Source: Gaiellaceae bacterium (lineage in GTDB: Bacteria; Actinomycetota; Thermoleophilia; Gaiellales; Gaiellaceae). From it: 64,000 nucleotides of DNA. The stretch lies in contig DASXKU010000073.1 of assembly GCA_036496645.1 (NCBI GenBank), forward strand, positions 539 to 64,538. The letters run 5' to 3'. Below, one piece after another: positions 17,622-26,097 of this stretch; position 1 is the first letter of the stretch; each line of letters starts with the position of its first letter. The notes below the pieces were generated by a model. It did no database searches. It was not told where the DNA came from and was given only the letters and a program-made list of their open reading frames with translations. The position numbers were made by a program, and so were the translations under genes.

Positions 17622-19807
17622 TTCGCACCGAGAAGGAGGTCGAGGGCCGGTACGAGGAGGTCTGGATCGTCGTCGAAGAGGACGCGCTCGACCAGTGGCC
17701 TGCGGGACCGCTCAAGATCGTGGGGCGCGACGCATTGCGCGTCGACGGGTACGAGCGCGCGCGCGGCGAAGCCGTCTACACCGCCGATCTCGAGCTGCCG
17801 GGAATGCTGCACACCGCTGTTCTCCGCTCACCACACGCGCACGCGCGCGTTCGCTCGATCGATCTATCGAAGGCGCTCGCAGCGCCGGGCGTGCATGCCG
17901 CGATCGGCCCGAGGGACATCCCGCAACTTGTCGACGAATGCGGCTACCAAGGCGTCGCCGTTGCAGCCGTGTGCGCCGACTCGTACGGGCATGCACGCGC
18001 TGCGCTGGCACTGATCGACTTCGACTGGGAAGTACGTGAGCCGCTGCTCGACCCCGACGAGGCCGTCGCGCGGAAGAGCACCATCGCCGACGCGCGCGTC
18101 CGCGAGCGTGGCGATGCGGACAAGGGGCTCGCCGAAGCCGATGTCGTGGTTGAGGGCGAGTTCCGCACGCAAGTTGTTCTGCACAACTCGATGGAGACAC
18201 ATCAGGCAGTCGTGCAATGGGTCGGCGACGGCATCGACGTCTACATCTCGACTCAGTACATCTGGGGCATTCGCGACGAGGTTGCGGAAGGACTCGGCCT
18301 GCCGGGCGACAAAGTGCGCGTCGTCTGCAACTACATGGGCGGCGGCTTCGGCTCGAAGAACGGCGCCGACGACTACACGTTCATCGCCGCCGAGCTTGCG
18401 AAGCGCACGGGCCGCCCAGTGAAGTGCGCACTGACGCGGCGCGAAGAGAACGTCGCCGTCGGCAATCGCAACGCAACGATCCAGCGGCTGAAAGTCGGCG
18501 CGAAGAGCGACGGAACGCTGACCGCGCTCGTCGGCGAATACGTGAATGCCGTCGGCTGGTCGGGCTGGAACGCGCCCACGGACGGCCCGCTGCACACGCT
18601 CTACGCATGCGCGAACGTCCGCTCGACGCTGCACGGCGCGAAGATCAACACGCCGCCGATGAAGGCGTTCCGCGCGCCCGGCTTCGTCGAGGGAACATTC
18701 GGCCTCGAGTCGCTGATCGATGAGCTCGCCGCAAAGCTCGACCTCGACCCGCTCGAACTGCGGCGCATCAATCACGCCGACCACGACGCATCCGACGACC
18801 GCCCGTTCTCGAGCAAGAACCTGCTGGAGTGCTACCGGCGCGCAGAGCCGCACTGGGAGCGGCGGCATGAAGTGCGCACGCGGTCGACCGAAACGGTGAA
18901 GCGCGGCGTCGGCATGGCGTCGCAGATTTGGTACGGCGGCGGTGGCCCGCCCAGCTATGCCTGGGTACGCGTTGGCTCTGACGGACGCGCGACCGTCGTC
19001 ACCGCGATGCAGGACATCGGCACCGGCACGAAGACAGCGATGGCGATGATCGCGGCCGAGGAGCTCGGCATTCCTCTGGATCACGTGACGGTGTCGCTCG
19101 GCGACTCCTCGCGCGGCCCGTACGCAGCGATCAGCGCCGGCTCGTCGACGACACCGTCGATGGGACCTGCTGTACGCGCTGCCGCCGCCGATGCACGGCG
19201 ACAGATCGAGGAGATCGCCGAGCAGCGCGGCACACCAGACGCACCGCTCGCGGAAGTCGTCGCGATGCTCGAAGACGCGCAGATCCTCGGCAAGGGCGCA
19301 CGCGGCCCGAATCCGACCGGCATGCAGGTGCTCACCTTCGGCGTGCAGGTCGCCGAAGTCGCCGTCGACATCGAGACCGGTGAGATCTGGGTCGAGCGCA
19401 TCGCCGCCGTCCACGACGTCGGCCGCGTCATCAACCCACTCGGCGCACGCAGCCAGATCGAGGGCGGGATCATCCAGGGCATCGGGCACACGCTCAGTGA
19501 GGAGCGCCTCCACGATCCACGCAGCGGGACGATCCTGACGACGACGCTCGACGCGTACCGGCTGCCGACGATCGCGGATGTGCCGGAGATTCACAGCGAG
19601 CTTGTCGACGAGCCCGACACACACCTGACGAACCTCGGTTCGAAGGGGCTCGGCGAGCCGCCGATCGTTCCTACCGCAGCCGCGATCGCAAATGCGATCC
19701 GCGACGCGACCGGCGCAGATGTGCGCCAACTGCCGATCTCGCGCGCAGAGATGCTGCGTGCGCTGAAGGAGGCGAGAGAACGCAGTGGAGCTAAAGCGAC
19801 CGTCTAG
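17609..19807 (+). CDS. molybdenum hydroxylase large (molybdopterin-binding) subunit, xanthine dehydrogenase/aldehyde oxidase family
   Basis: 732 aa with GGGFGSK and the typical a/b-hammerhead and MoCo domains. Lacks the form-I CODH signature. Confidence 0.9.
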   Translation: MARLIRTEKEVEGRYEEVWIVVEEDALDQWPAGPLKIVGRDALRVDGYERARGEAVYTADLELPGMLHTAVLRSPHAHARVRSIDLSKALAAPGVHAAIGPRDIPQLVDECGYQGVAVAAVCADSYGHARAALALIDFDWEVREPLLDPDEAVARKSTIADARVRERGDADKGLAEADVVVEGEFRTQVVLHNSMETHQAVVQWVGDGIDVYISTQYIWGIRDEVAEGLGLPGDKVRVVCNYMGGGFGSKNGADDYTFIAAELAKRTGRPVKCALTRREENVAVGNRNATIQRLKVGAKSDGTLTALVGEYVNAVGWSGWNAPTDGPLHTLYACANVRSTLHGAKINTPPMKAFRAPGFVEGTFGLESLIDELAAKLDLDPLELRRINHADHDASDDRPFSSKNLLECYRRAEPHWERRHEVRTRSTETVKRGVGMASQIWYGGGGPPSYAWVRVGSDGRATVVTAMQDIGTGTKTAMAMIAAEELGIPLDHVTVSLGDSSRGPYAAISAGSSTTPSMGPAVRAAAADARRQIEEIAEQRGTPDAPLAEVVAMLEDAQILGKGARGPNPTGMQVLTFGVQVAEVAVDIETGEIWVERIAAVHDVGRVINPLGARSQIEGGIIQGIGHTLSEERLHDPRSGTILTTTLDAYRLPTIADVPEIHSELVDEPDTHLTNLGSKGLGEPPIVPTAAAIANAIRDATGADVRQLPISRAEMLRALKEARERSGAKATV

Positions 19808-20591
19808 CCTCGCCGAGGTCGGTGACGGGCTCGCGCTCGCCGGCGGCACGGAGGTCGTGCCGTTGCTTCGCTCGGGGATTCTCAGTGCCGACACGCTCGT
19901 CGATGTACGCGGAGTCGTTCCGGCCGGCATCGACGGCACCACCATCGGCGCCGCTGCGACGCTCGCCGAGCTCGAAGTCGATCCGCAGATCCCCGGCGCG
20001 CTACGCGAGGCGTGCAGGCTCGCCGCGAGCCCGCAGCTGCGCAATATGGGCACGCTCGCAGGAAACCTCTTGCAATCGACGCGCTGCTGGTACTGGCGAC
20101 TCAAGTGGCCGTGCCGACTGCATGGGGGAGATGAGTGCTTCGCCATCGAGGGCGAGCATCGCGAGCACGCGATCTTCGCCAACGACTTCTGTGCGTCCGC
20201 GCATCCTTCCGACGTCGCTGCCGCGCTGCTCGCGCTCGACGCCACGGTGACGACGACATCGCGCACCTTTGGCATCGGTGAGCTCTACCGCTTGTCGACC
20301 GACGACGACCGCAACACCACCACGCTCGAAGACGGCGAGTTGATCCTCTCGGTCGATGTGCCGCCATGTGATGCGTCCGTCTATCTCAAGGCGATGGATC
20401 GCAAGCGCTGGTCGTTCCCGATCGTCGGTGTCGCCGCCGTGCGGCGAGGCAGCGAGACGCGCGTCGCTCTCGCGGGCGTCGCACCGGTGCCGTGGCTGTA
20501 CGACGGAAGCGAACCGACACCGCTGCCGGGCAACGCCTACAAGGTCGAGATCCTCGACGCGCTTGTCAGGCGCGCGAGGGCTGCTCTTTAA
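19785..20591 (+). CDS. molybdenum hydroxylase medium (FAD-binding) subunit
   Basis: AGGTEVVPLL and TLAGNL motifs of the CoxM/XdhB-like FAD domain. Confidence 0.85.
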   Translation: MELKRPSSLAEVGDGLALAGGTEVVPLLRSGILSADTLVDVRGVVPAGIDGTTIGAAATLAELEVDPQIPGALREACRLAASPQLRNMGTLAGNLLQSTRCWYWRLKWPCRLHGGDECFAIEGEHREHAIFANDFCASAHPSDVAAALLALDATVTTTSRTFGIGELYRLSTDDDRNTTTLEDGELILSVDVPPCDASVYLKAMDRKRWSFPIVGVAAVRRGSETRVALAGVAPVPWLYDGSEPTPLPGNAYKVEILDALVRRARAAL

Positions 20592-21423
20592 GCAGCCGCG
20601 CGCCCTCGGCGAGCCAACCGCGAGCACGCACGACGTTTGGCGTGTCCGGCGCGAGCTGCACGGTCTCCAGTTGCAGTTCCGTCATCGCGAGCAGGTCGCA
20701 CTGCATGAGCGCTGCTTCAATCCGTTCCGCCGTTCGCTCCGGTTTGATCGCGAGCGGTTCGAGCCGTGCTGCGAGCCGCTTCGTCGTCGGCGGCCACACG
20801 CGGTTCATCGCGTAGACGATCTTCAACACGCGTTGCGCGTCGTCGAGCATCCGCTCGAGCAGCGAAACCCGTTCTGTCGGCCGCGCGATCGTCAACAGTC
20901 CCGCGGCGGCGAAGCCGCCCCACGTCAGGGCCGCGCTGTCGATGCGTTGGCTCGCGAGTTCCTCGGGGTAGTCGGCAAGCCGCGCCTGCCAGCGCTCGAG
21001 CAGTCCGCACGTGCGCAGCGACATTCCGTGTGCGAGCGCATCGCCCGTGCCGGTTGGCTCTCCGGTGAACAGCGCATCGACTTGTTCCTCGGCGAAAGCG
21101 CGCGGCCACCAGATCAACTCGAGCGGCACATCGTCCACGTCGCCGGACACCTTGTGCGACGGCGTACCCTGCAGCCCCCACGTGCCGAGCCGCTCGAGCC
21201 CGGCCGCTGACGAGAGCCGGAAGCACTCATCGAGCGACAGCGGCTGCGGCGTGACGAGCAGCATCTCGATATCCGAGACGCCGTCGGCGACGCCGCGCGA
21301 GACGCTGCCGGTGAGAACGATCTCCTCCGCGACGTCCTCGGGCACGGCGTCGGCCACTCGCCGCGCAACCTCTGCGAGCCGCAGGCTCTGTTCGGTCGGT
21401 AGGGTCTCCGCCATGCGTCGCAT
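20566..21423 (-). CDS. nucleotidyltransferase-domain protein with a helical C-terminal domain
   Basis: Pol-beta NTase motif GSVSRGVADGVSDIEM. Start is taken as ATG 21423 or 21414, because the 21507 start would overlap the signal peptide of the divergent PPIase. Confidence 0.7.
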   Translation of the reverse strand: MRRMAETLPTEQSLRLAEVARRVADAVPEDVAEEIVLTGSVSRGVADGVSDIEMLLVTPQPLSLDECFRLSSAAGLERLGTWGLQGTPSHKVSGDVDDVPLELIWWPRAFAEEQVDALFTGEPTGTGDALAHGMSLRTCGLLERWQARLADYPEELASQRIDSAALTWGGFAAAGLLTIARPTERVSLLERMLDDAQRVLKIVYAMNRVWPPTTKRLAARLEPLAIKPERTAERIEAALMQCDLLAMTELQLETVQLAPDTPNVVRARGWLAEGARLLKEQPSRA

Positions 21424-22045
21424 TCTTGCTGCTTCGACGGTTGCGCTTGTCGCGATCTGCGTCGCCGCCACGGTTGCGTCGGCGCGCCCCGCGTCGACCG
21501 GCTGCACGAAAGTTGCACTGCCGAAGCTCGCCGCACGAAGCGCGCCGAAGCCGAAGACGGCGCTGAGCCCGAAGAAGACCTACTACGTCACATTCCAGAC
21601 CAACTGCGGCAGCTTCACCGTCCGCCTCGCAGTCAAGACGTCGCCGCACACGAGCGCGTCGTTCGCCAGCCTCGTGAAGCGCGGCTTCTTCGACAAGACG
21701 ATCTTCCATCGCATCGTTCCCGGATTCATCATCCAGGGCGGCGACCCGACGGGAACGGGCACGGGCGGTCCCGGCTACGAGACGCGCGACACGCCGCCGA
21801 AGACGCTGCGGTACACGCACGGCGTCGTCGCGATGGCGAAAACGCAGACCGAGGCGAACGGCACGAGCGGCAGCCAGTTCTTCGTCGTCACCGTTCCGAA
21901 CGCGCAACTGCCTCCGCAGTACGCGCTGCTCGGCATCGTGACGAAGGGCCTCACCGTCGTCGATCGGATCGGCAAACTCGGGAACGGCTCGGAGCAGCCG
22001 ACACAGGTCGTCGAGATCACGCACGCGTTCGTCACCGTCAAGTGA
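21413..22045 (+). CDS. secreted cyclophilin-type peptidyl-prolyl isomerase
   Basis: Signal peptide MRRILAASTVALVAICVAATVASA, then FHRIVPGFIIQGGDP and SQFFV. Confidence 0.9.
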   Translation: MRRILAASTVALVAICVAATVASARPASTGCTKVALPKLAARSAPKPKTALSPKKTYYVTFQTNCGSFTVRLAVKTSPHTSASFASLVKRGFFDKTIFHRIVPGFIIQGGDPTGTGTGGPGYETRDTPPKTLRYTHGVVAMAKTQTEANGTSGSQFFVVTVPNAQLPPQYALLGIVTKGLTVVDRIGKLGNGSEQPTQVVEITHAFVTVK

Positions 22046-22521
22046 CCGTTGCGGCCGTCGTGCTGGCGGCCGGTGCATCGACCCGCTACGGCCGGCCCAA
22101 GCAATACGAGTTGCTGCCCGCGGTGCTCGAGCAGCTATCGGGCGTTGATGAGGTCGTCGTCGTCGAGGGCGCACATCCGCTGACGGTCGATGCACGCGTT
22201 GTTCACGCGGCGGAATGGGAACGCGGACCTGGCGCGTCGCTTCGTGCCGGCCTGGCTGGGCTGAGTGACGAGGTCACGCATGCGTTGATCGTGCTCGGGG
22301 ACGGGCCTGCGCTCGACCCGCGCGCAGTGCAGCGGCTAATCGAGCACCGCGACGACGCAGCCGTGCTCGCAGCAAGCTACGACGGAACGCGGGATCACCC
22401 GGTGCTGCTCGCCCGCGACGTCTGGGACGCGGTTCCGGACGAAGGTGGCCGGGCACTTGAGCCCTTGCTCGTCGACTGCTCCGACCTGGAGCGGCCGGGG
22501 GACGTCGACTATTCGGACTAG
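22042..22521 (+). CDS. mocA: MobA/MocA-like molybdenum cofactor nucleotidyltransferase
   Basis: N-terminal VLAAGASTRYG motif. The GTG overlaps the PPIase stop (GTGA). Sits near the molybdenum hydroxylase genes. Confidence 0.7.
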   Translation: MTVAAVVLAAGASTRYGRPKQYELLPAVLEQLSGVDEVVVVEGAHPLTVDARVVHAAEWERGPGASLRAGLAGLSDEVTHALIVLGDGPALDPRAVQRLIEHRDDAAVLAASYDGTRDHPVLLARDVWDAVPDEGGRALEPLLVDCSDLERPGDVDYSD

Positions 22522-22982
22522 GGGTGGTACTGCTGCTGGAACGAGGTCACGGTGTCGATGCGCACGCGGATCCAGACACCGCTGTCGAGCGGCTCGAACA
22601 GCTTCATACCCTGCCCGGCGACAATGGCCGCGAGCTGCGCGACGGAGACGTGCGCACCGCTGAGGTTGGCGCCGCTCGTAAGCACGGTTCCGGTGACACC
22701 CGCGGGAACACGGAACACGTAGGTGCGGTTGCTCTCGTCGACAGAGTAGTTGTCGTTCGGAACCGGTTCGCACGAGGCGGGCGTGCAGGCGACGTGTGAG
22801 TCGGCGGCTGCCGCTGCGTTCGCCGTGATCCCAGTCAGGAACCACTCCGGATCGAAGGTCATCAGGTAGCTGCCATTCGCCTTCGTCAGCGAGACGATGT
22901 GTCCGTAGTACTGCTGCAGGCCCGGAGTGAGCGCGACACTCGAGGTAGAGGTGTGGCTCTTCGACCCGGTATGCACGTGCAC
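22518..22982 (-). CDS. hypothetical protein, probable lipoprotein (true start unresolved)
   Basis: Clean 154-aa frame. The in-frame sequence immediately upstream encodes LARLVLLALVALCLSGC (lipobox) but has no canonical start codon (see findings). Confidence 0.6.
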   Translation of the reverse strand: MHVHTGSKSHTSTSSVALTPGLQQYYGHIVSLTKANGSYLMTFDPEWFLTGITANAAAAADSHVACTPASCEPVPNDNYSVDESNRTYVFRVPAGVTGTVLTSGANLSGAHVSVAQLAAIVAGQGMKLFEPLDSGVWIRVRIDTVTSFQQQYHP

Positions 22983-23032
22983 GATGCACCCAGACAGGCA
23001 GAGCGCGACCAGCGCAAGTAGTACGAGTCGGG

Positions 23033-23266
23033 CTAGGTGAGAGGCGTGCGTAGTGCGGCGAGCTTAGCCTTGAGCTCGGGCGGCATCGGCTCCGAGACTG
23101 CAACGCGAACGTAGTGCCGCAGCCGCTCTTCGAACCGGTAACGCTTTGCGCACCAATTGCAGCCGGCCAGATGAGCTTCCGCCTCGAGTACGTCCTGCTC
23201 GGAGAGCGTGCCGTCGAGATACGGCTGCATCATCTCCTCACACTTGTCGCACGGGTCGTCCGTCAT
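23033..23266 (-). CDS. rsrA: zinc-binding anti-sigma factor (ZAS, RsrA-like)
   Basis: CDKC near the N-terminus and the HxxxCxxC motif (HLAGCNWC). 77 aa. The start overlaps the sigma stop. Confidence 0.85.
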   Translation of the reverse strand: MTDDPCDKCEEMMQPYLDGTLSEQDVLEAEAHLAGCNWCAKRYRFEERLRHYVRVAVSEPMPPELKAKLAALRTPLT

Positions 23267-23859
23267 GCAGTGACCGCCTTGTCGGCGAGGTTCTGTTTCA
23301 AGATACGCCTTCCACGATGCAAGCGGGACATGACCGTCCCAATCGGGATGTCGAGCACCTGCGCCGCATCAGCGTAGGAGAACTCCCCGATGTCGACGAG
23401 GAGAATCACGTCGCGGAAGTCGTGAGGCACATCGGCGAGCGCGTCGACGACGTTGTCCTGCGAGAGGCGCTCGAGCACGCGCTCCTCGTCGGGGTTTTCC
23501 TCTGCCGCCCCGGAGGACAGCTTGTTGTAGAGAAAGTAGTCGCCTTGCTCACCGTCGAGGCTCGTCGTTTGCGGAGTGCGCTGTTGGCGCCGGCCGCGGT
23601 CGATGTTCAGGTTCGTGAGGATGCGGAGCAGCCATGCGCGCAGGTTCGTTCCGGGCGTGTACTGGTGCCACGAGCGGAACGCGCGCTCGTACGTCTGTTG
23701 CACGAGATCTTCCGCTTCTTCGCGCGAACCGACCAGCCGCCGGGCTACCCGGTAAACCTGGTCGCTCAATTCAAGCGCCTCCTCCTCGAACCTGACTCGA
23801 TCGCGCGCTGTTTGCGCGAGCTTGCGGGATTCGGCAGCTGTTGGAGTGCTTTCGCTCAT
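23263..23859 (-). CDS. ECF sigma factor, SigR/SigH-like
   Basis: Regions 2 and 4 (DLVQQTYERAF, FSYADAAQVLDIPIGTVMSRLHRGR). Followed by a ZAS anti-sigma and preceded by GGAAT-N18-GTT. Confidence 0.9.
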   Translation of the reverse strand: MSESTPTAAESRKLAQTARDRVRFEEEALELSDQVYRVARRLVGSREEAEDLVQQTYERAFRSWHQYTPGTNLRAWLLRILTNLNIDRGRRQQRTPQTTSLDGEQGDYFLYNKLSSGAAEENPDEERVLERLSQDNVVDALADVPHDFRDVILLVDIGEFSYADAAQVLDIPIGTVMSRLHRGRRILKQNLADKAVTA

Positions 23860-23885
23860 CCTCGAGCCACCCTAGCAAGCGTAAA

Positions 23886-23911
23886 AACGACTTCTGACCG
23901 CATCCGATTCC
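23886..23911 (-). promoter_or_regulatory. SigR/SigH-type promoter GGAAT-N18-GTT
   Basis: The minus strand reads GGAAT cggatgcggtcagaagtc GTT, 26-52 nt upstream of the sigma ATG. This matches the known autoregulatory consensus. Confidence 0.7.
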
Positions 23912-23933
23912 CGGCTTCGGCCGTTTGCATCAC

Positions 23934-24299
23934 ATGGATATCCAGCTCACAGAGGGTCGGCGAATCGTCGGGAGCGACGACCGCAAAATCGGCCGGGTGG
24001 TTGGCGAGCGCAATGACTGCGTGCTCGTCGAGACCGGCCACGTGTTCAAGGCGACCAAGGCGTTGCCGAAGGAATTCGTGCACGAGATCGACGGGGAGTT
24101 GCGCGCGACGATCGCAAAGGAAATCGTCGACGGCTCACCCGACACGGCAGAAGAGTGGAACCCAGCTCACATCCTGAGTTACTACGGGATGGGCACCGGG
24201 CCATACGAGGTCGGGGACGAGGAGCCCGAGCTCGACGAGGCACGCATCGCCTACGGCAACGACGGCTCCTACGCGCCGGTCTTGCCGCGCAAGAACTAA
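23934..24299 (+). CDS. small conserved hypothetical protein (DUF2171/PRC-barrel-like pattern)
   Basis: ATG 23934 (the track starts at TTG 23925). Pattern VGSDDRKIGRVVGE...VLVETG. The family call is tentative. Confidence 0.55.
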   Translation: MDIQLTEGRRIVGSDDRKIGRVVGERNDCVLVETGHVFKATKALPKEFVHEIDGELRATIAKEIVDGSPDTAEEWNPAHILSYYGMGTGPYEVGDEEPELDEARIAYGNDGSYAPVLPRKN

Positions 24300-24511
24300 A
24301 TAGGGACTTCGCGGAAGCCGCCGCGAGCCATCGTGTCGACGAGCGCGTCCCTCGTGACGCGCTCGTCGTCGTACGCGAGCATCACCTGACCCATCAGGTT
24401 GGCGTTCGCAAACTCGAGACCATCGACGCCTTCGAGCGTGTGCGCGAGACGCATGACGCACTTCTCGCAGCGGATGCCGCTGACTTGCAGGGTCTCGTTG
24501 ACGACGGCCAC
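24296..24511 (-). CDS. heavy-metal-associated (HMA) domain protein
   Basis: 71 aa, ferredoxin-like HMA pattern with a CxxC in the metal loop (SGIRCEKC). Confidence 0.75.
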   Translation of the reverse strand: MAVVNETLQVSGIRCEKCVMRLAHTLEGVDGLEFANANLMGQVMLAYDDERVTRDALVDTMARGGFREVPI

Positions 24512-24513
24512 GC

Positions 24514-25617
24514 CTAGAGGATAGTGCGTCGCACCAGGTCGGCGGTCGCTTCCGCGGGCGAGTTGAACGCAGACTGCATATCGGCTTCACAGCGTTCCGG
24601 CGAAAGCGACGACAGCGCAGCCGCGCCGCCCAGCGCGTCGGCGTGCGGGCGCAGCAGCTCGAGCAGCTCGAGGCCGAGCTGCGCGGCGGTCTCGACGCGA
24701 CTGCCGTCGGGATGCAACAGCTGCGCACTCGGGCCGAAACGTGCAGCTGACCAGCGGTTCTGCACATAGTCCGCCCGGCCGCGATCGGCCAGAAGCGCCC
24801 CGCGCGCCGGTAGATCGTTTGCGAGTGCAGCGGCGCACAGCGCTTGCAGCAGCGCAGCGAACGCGGTCGACAGACGAACGTCGGTGGGCTGGTCGGGCAC
24901 GCGGACCTCGATCGTCCCGAGTTGCGGATGCGGCCTCACGTCCCACCAGATGCGCGTGTACTCCTGCACGAGGCCGAGACGCACAAGTCGTTCAACCCAC
25001 GACTCCCATTCGTCGTAACTCGCAAACGCAGGCGGTGTGCCCGCACGAGGGAGCTCGGCAAGAATGGGCGCGCGGTTCGACGCCATTCCCGTGAGCTCGC
25101 CTGCGAACCACGGCGAGTTCGCGGATAGTGCGAGTACGACGGGTAGCCACGGCACGATCTCGTCGAGGCACCGCCAGCACTCCGCAGCGCTCGGCATGCC
25201 GACGTGGACATGCAAGCCCTGCACGCCCTGCCGGCGCACGGAGATACCGCCGTAGCCGACGAACGTGACGTAACGCTCCTCTTTGACGATCGGCTGCGCT
25301 TCCGGCTTCGCGGATGGATGCGTCCCGCCGGCCGCGATCGCGAGACCCTCGCCTGCAGCTGCCTCCGCAGACGCGCGGCGGAGCGCAGCGAGCGCGGCAC
25401 CTGCCTCGTCCGCGCTCTCACAGATGTTCGTGTTCGTCTCGAACACCGATGCGAAGAGCTCGGTCTTCACGCGGCCCGGCAGCTCACGCCCTTCGAGCGC
25501 GCGCAGGATCTTGTCCACCGCGGGAAGCTGGTCGAGCGTTGCCGCGTCGAGGATCATCAGTTCCTCCTCAACACCGAGCGAAAAGGGCGGCGATTCGCCG
25601 AATCGTTGTTCGATCAC
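24514..25617 (-). CDS. carboxylate-amine ligase, YbdK / GCS2 family
   Basis: GTG 25617 overlaps the upstream stop (GTGA). GCS2 pattern (LGVEEELMILD, GLHVHVG, ALSANSPW, WWDVRPHP). Confidence 0.85.
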   Translation of the reverse strand: MIEQRFGESPPFSLGVEEELMILDAATLDQLPAVDKILRALEGRELPGRVKTELFASVFETNTNICESADEAGAALAALRRASAEAAAGEGLAIAAGGTHPSAKPEAQPIVKEERYVTFVGYGGISVRRQGVQGLHVHVGMPSAAECWRCLDEIVPWLPVVLALSANSPWFAGELTGMASNRAPILAELPRAGTPPAFASYDEWESWVERLVRLGLVQEYTRIWWDVRPHPQLGTIEVRVPDQPTDVRLSTAFAALLQALCAAALANDLPARGALLADRGRADYVQNRWSAARFGPSAQLLHPDGSRVETAAQLGLELLELLRPHADALGGAAALSSLSPERCEADMQSAFNSPAEATADLVRRTIL

Positions 25618-25952
25618 TGTCGAACGCCGTGCACGGGGCGGCCCGCCGCGACCCACGCGTAGTACGACGCGCACGGGCCGAAGTCACGCTCGTACGCGAC
25701 GACGTGCGGATTGCGTCCGACGTCGCGTGCGCGCGCCGCATGACGCAGCAGGTTGGGATCGTCCGACTCCTGCCAGAGCAGAATCAAGTGCGCGGCAGTC
25801 ATGAATTCAGCGACGAACGCGCAGCCCGCGGCCGGGCACGGAAACGGATTCGTGCTGACACAGAACCACCCGTCGTAATCAGCTTCGTCGTCGCTCCACA
25901 GCTCGACGTCCTCGGCCGTGTGCGTCGCGAGGACAATCTCGCCCCTCTGCAT
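25614..25952 (-). CDS. hypothetical Cys-containing protein (112 aa)
   Basis: Clean frame, first gene of a three-gene coupled unit. Contains CxxxxxxxCxxxxC (FCVSTNPFPCPAAGC). No family recognised. Confidence 0.55.
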   Translation of the reverse strand: MQRGEIVLATHTAEDVELWSDDEADYDGWFCVSTNPFPCPAAGCAFVAEFMTAAHLILLWQESDDPNLLRHAARARDVGRNPHVVAYERDFGPCASYYAWVAAGRPVHGVRQ

Positions 25953-26097
25953 GCGCGACAGGGTAGCCGCCTTATAACGAGAGACCGGCCGCGGCCCGGG
26001 CAGGCGAGCGGGACCACGACCGGCCGGTCTCGTCTAGCCGGTCGGCTCTTGGGGAAAGCCGACCGGTGCTTGCGTCCCTAGGCGGGACGAACCTTCC

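Noticed and set aside
17864-20275. 803-aa ORF on the minus strand, antisense to the molybdenum hydroxylase large-subunit gene
   Set aside because: The translation is Arg/Ala/Pro/Gly-rich and low in complexity with no motifs. The opposite strand encodes a clearly recognisable protein. This is a typical GC-driven open antisense frame.
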